A stretch of DNA of 64,000 nucleotides from Genypterus blacodes (taxonomy: Eukaryota): positions 4,750,430 through 4,814,429 of the forward strand of contig NW_027466835.1 in the NCBI RefSeq assembly GCF_046128005.1, read 5' to 3'. The notes beneath the pieces are model-generated. The model did no database searches. It had not been told where the DNA came from and saw only the letters and a list, made by a program, of their open reading frames with translations. The translations under genes were made by a program, and so were the position numbers. Positions 60,065 to 64,000 of the stretch are shown here, one piece after another (position 1 is the first letter of the stretch; each line of letters begins with the position of its first letter).

Positions 60065-60896
60065 GGAATATCGAAACACACATTGCTGAATGTTAAGAAA
60101 AAATAGCTTTTCTTTTGTTTAGTTTCATAAAGAATTAATACAAAAAGGGTGTTTTTACATCACTGTGGATGATGAAGCTTAAACAAATATTTGATTACAC
60201 AGGATTTTCTTATTTATGGTGGTGCACAGTAAAGTCTATTTTATTTCTATAGCCCAATATCACATACAATGTTTCAATGGACTTTACAGGCCCACAACAT
60301 CAGGAAAATTCCGGACCCAACCAAAGCGCTCTAAGAAGATGACATCCGCCTGCTGCACCAGCAGCTGGACATCTGCAGGGAAAATTGAAACACACGCATT
60401 GACATGAAATTTGAAAAGATTATGATACCCTTTAATCATACATAAGATAATATATGTTCATGTGGGAAAAAGGAAATATTCTCCACAAAAACCAACAAAC
60501 CTGCTCTGTGTAACCGAACTTTAGGGCCAAACGCAGCCTGCAGTAGTTTCTGTGGTTCAGCGTCATCGTGTTGTGAAAAAAAAAATCAATCAGATCAAAA
60601 AAGACGACAAAAAAGACGACATCCCGGAAGTGAGCTTCCGTTTCACCGCTAACTTCACGTTGGCTGGATATTCAGTGTTTCGCGTTCTTTCGTCAACCTT
60701 CTTCCTCTCCTCCTCATCCTCTGTAATTGCTATCGAAGCTAAGCTCACTCCACGGTGACCGATCTGATATAAGGTTATCGTAAGTGTGTGTGTGTGTGAT
60801 TGGACGGTGCTGCCTATCTCTTCACGCAAGTGCTTATGTTAGCTTAGCATGGTAGCTTGGAAAATTGATGGACACCAAGCAGTGATTGTTGTGAAA

Positions 60897-63277
60897 ATGT
60901 CTGAAGTCCAACTGTTTAGAGCGCTAGGGAGGCAGCGGCCAAGTGCGGCTGCCGAAGAGCTGCTAGGAGAGATAAGAGCTCTAGAAGAAGAATGGTCCCA
61001 ATCACAGCAGGAGTATGACAGACTACGAACACGACTGATCAACTCCCTCAACCCGCAAGTCCGGTTACACAGAATAGGTTAGTTCCCCTTTTATATGTTA
61101 TAACAAGGTTGAACACGACACTGAACATTATCGTTTACATGCAATCGCATTCGTGGCATAAGGGCACACATGCGTTTCTATGACAACAGGCTTTCACCAC
61201 ACCTTACATTTTGAGTAGAGAAACATTGTTCATTCTCTACCGGATTGTAAGGAGGGACCACACCACATCCTTTCAACCCTGCTGCTTTTCTGGCAACAGA
61301 CCTAAAACAAGCAAAGGGACTGATTAAAAGGTAATTTAACAGCGTTAGCTTTGTGTTACCAATTACTATTATTAGAGGACATTTTGAGTGAAGCTTTGTT
61401 TGATCACTAAAGAGGTTTTGTATGGGATATATGTTCTGAAAATCAGAAAGGCTCACATGTTCATGTTCTAAACAGAATGTTAAGATAACAAATTTAACAC
61501 AACATTAGACAATACATACAACAATAACATAATGTTGAACGCTGAAGGACTTAACTCCAAAACTAAAATATTTTCATCAAGACAAACATCACTAATAAGA
61601 TCATTTGGATAGTTACAGGTTGATTGCTTGTTTAGATTGTTTTATAGTGTTATACTGCAAATGTTTTGCATGGCAATAAATAATATATTTAGAAAATTAG
61701 AAATGTTAACATGTTCAGGTATATATATTCATACCTAATCTGATTAATTTTTATAGATGAAGATATTTCTATTTATTGATTATTGGGTTTATTATAGTAT
61801 ACCTGTGACAATCCGAGTATACAGCACCATATTAAACTAACACCATGACCCTTTAACCTTGATCCCCTACTAAATCGGGAGCTCTCAACTATTCTACCAC
61901 TTCATGCTTGGGCAAATAAAACCTCATATCTTTTCCATTGTGTATTTGTGTGTTTCAGCATTGTCTTCAGACATCCAACAACTGTTTGTGCAGCAAATTT
62001 GGAGCCCCAGTCTGGACCTGGAGGAGCCAGATCACCCACATATAAAAGAGGAACAGGAGGCACTCTGGATTAGTCAGGAGGGAGAGCAGCTTCATGTTCT
62101 GAAGGAGTCTGTTAAGATTGAAGATGATGAAGTTAAAGTTCATTCCTCACAGCTTTATCAATATGAGGAGAACACAGAAGCTGAGCCTCCATCCAGCATC
62201 GCAACTCAACATGGAGATGGGAAGGGCCACATGATAATTCACACGGGAGAGAAGCTGCATAGTTGCTCAGTTTGTGGTAAAACCTTCATGCAACATGGAT
62301 ACCTAAAGGTCCACATGAGAACCCACACAGGACAGGAGCTGCATAGTTGCTCAGTTTGTGGAAAAGACTTCACCAAAATTGGAAATCTGAAGGTCCACAT
62401 GAGAATCCACACAGGAGAGAAGCCATTTAGTTGTTCGGTTTGCTATAAAAACTTCACTGGAAAAGGAAACCTGAAGGTCCACATGAGAATCCACACAGGA
62501 GACAATCTGCATAATTGCTCAGTTTGTGGAAAAAACTTTACCACAAATGGATATTTGAAGGTCCACACAAGAATCCACACAGGACAGGAGCTGCATAGTT
62601 GCTCAGTTTGTGGAAAAATGTTTACCATAAAGGGAAAACTGAAGGTCCATATGAGAATGCACACACAAGAGAAGCCATTTATTTGCTTAATTTGTGGTAA
62701 ACACTTCACTCAACCTGGACACCTGAATGTCCACATGAGAATTCACACAGGACTGAAGCTGTATAGTTGCTCAGTTTGTGGTAAAAACTTCACCATTAAT
62801 GCAAATCTGAAGGTCCACATGAGAATTCACACAGGTGAAAAGCCATTTAGTTGCTCAGTTTGTGGTAAAAACTTCACTGAAAAAGGAAACCTTAAGGTCC
62901 ACACGAGGACCCACTCAGGACAGAAGCTGCATACTTGCCTAGTTTGTGGAAAAAACTTAACCACAACTGGATATCTGAAGGTCCACATGAGAATCCACAC
63001 AGGAGAGAAGCCATTTAGTTGCTCAGTTTGTGGTAAAAACTTCACTGAAAAAGGAAACCTGAAGGTCCACATGAGAACCCACACAGGAGAGAAGCTCCAT
63101 AGTTGCTCAGTTTGTGGTAAAAAGTTTACCACAAATGGATATCTGAAGGTCCACATGAGAATACACACAGGACAGGCACACATAGTGAATCTCAAAGAGG
63201 ACCAGGCTGCACTCTGGCTCAGTCAAGAGGGAGTGCAGCTTCATGGTCTGAAGGAATCTGTGAAGATGATTAAGTGA
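60897..63277 (+). CDS. C2H2 zinc-finger protein (about 13 fingers) with a FiNZ-like N-terminal exon. Two coding exons.
   Basis: Exon 1 is 60897-61077. It encodes [60 protein letters not shown], ending at a GTTAGT donor. An upstream in-frame ATG lies at 60849.

Exon 2 is 61959-63277, after a gtgtttcag acceptor. An alternative in-frame acceptor lies at 61971. It encodes [59 protein letters not shown]... followed by a tandem array of H.CSVCGK.FT..G.LKVHMR.HTGEK finger units. The stop TGA is at 63275-63277. Confidence 0.75.
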
Positions 63278-63480
63278 AAGTTCAGTCCTCACAGCTTTAC
63301 CAAAGTATCCAGCATTTCAACTTGGAATTGAGATGTGAAGGGCAACATGCAAATCCACACAGGAGAGAGCCATTCAGTTGCTCAGTCTGTGGTACAAACT
63401 CATAGTGGAATTCTGAAACACATGCAAATCCACTCTGGGGAGAAACTTTAGTTTTTCAGAATGTGGGAAAAGATTTAGTC
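63186..63480 (+). repeat. Degenerate tandem partial duplicate of the ZNF gene's own linker-plus-first-finger segment (a copy of about 62040-62300)
   Basis: The motif [24 protein letters not shown] at the ORF's 3' end repeats [24 protein letters not shown] from the 5' linker. Past the stop, ...gttcagtcctcacagctttaccaa...atgcaaatccacacaggagagagccattcagttgctcagtctgtggtacaaac... parallels ...gttcattcctcacagctttatcaat...atgataattcacacgggagagaagctgcatagttgctcagtttgtggtaaaac..., with deletions and stop codons. Confidence 0.6.
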
Positions 63481-64000
63481 AAATCACTTGAAAAGACGTG
63501 TCAACCAGTACAGAGTAGGAATCATTCAGCTGCAGTGTTTGAGGCCCAGCTTTAATCAGCAGTCACTAATTACAAATCATAAGTGTGTTGTTGAGAACAG
63601 CAGAAGAAAATAAAGCTGCAGAAGTTTAAATTTGGAAGTCCACAAACATTGAAAAGCAATCATTTTATAGTGATAGAAGTTACTAAAGCTTTTTCATTGG
63701 TCAATATTTCTAATGTGTTTGAATTCTGTCCCGATTTTTGAAATATAGTCGAAGTTGTGCTGCTGTTGTGTGCTTGACAATACAACATTCTCTACTGCTT
63801 CCTGTGTTTGGTGAAACTGACATTATAAAGTGTATAACCTTAAAGTTTGATTGTCTGGTTGAGTTCTGAATGACCAGATCTAAGCCAACTGATGCTAATT
63901 TCCTTCTATGTAAGTGTCTCCTTGTTTCCAGAGCCTAAACAAAAAGGATCATGTTGTTGAAAAGAAGACGACTTAAACTTATCAGTTCATCAATTCTCTG

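Overview
This window is vertebrate nuclear DNA, almost certainly from a teleost fish. It has GT-AG introns, many (GT)n/(CA)n microsatellites, a tRNA-derived SINE with a (TGTAA)n tail, and fish-type C2H2 zinc-finger genes carrying FiNZ-like N-terminal exons. It is not prokaryotic, and I see no operons or CRISPR arrays. Coordinates were hand-counted from the sequence and anchored on the ORF track, so treat them as accurate to about +/-2 nt.

Gene content in order:
- Two tandem tRNA-Ser genes on the minus strand, anticodons CGA and UGA, at about 3.4-4.3 kb.
- A CASKIN-family gene on the plus strand at 6.1-23.1 kb, most like caskin2. It has ankyrin repeats, an SH3 domain, two SAM domains, a roughly 1.7 kb Ser/Pro-rich exon and a conserved C-terminal exon. 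Its 5' exons were not found in the window.
- A TatD-nuclease (tatdn2-like) exon on the minus strand, tail-to-tail with caskin2. It appears truncated: only the N-terminal HCH motif is present.
- The complete major vault protein gene (mvp) on the plus strand at 29.9-36.5 kb, in 16 coding exons.
- A proline-rich transmembrane CD225/dispanin gene (prrt2-like) on the minus strand at 47.9-49.4 kb. This recreates the human 16p11.2 PRRT2-MVP neighbourhood.
- A cluster of three C2H2 zinc-finger genes at 54.5-63.3 kb: two intact plus-strand FiNZ-type genes and one frameshifted minus-strand pseudogene.

Interspersed are a SINE, a LINE 3' fragment, a mariner-like transposase remnant and many long dinucleotide repeats. 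I found no obviously novel multi-gene system. The more interesting observations are structural:
- Long (GT)n repeats sit in place of the polypyrimidine tract at two mvp splice acceptors.
- mvp intron 2 is 105 nt, a multiple of three, with no in-frame stop.
- The tatdn2-like gene is truncated, or possibly nested around caskin2.
- One zinc-finger gene ends in a partial tandem duplication.
- The two tRNA-Ser genes differ in anticodon.
- A cluster of TGACATCA motifs lies in mvp intron 1.
- There is a candidate small spliced ORF downstream of the first zinc-finger gene.
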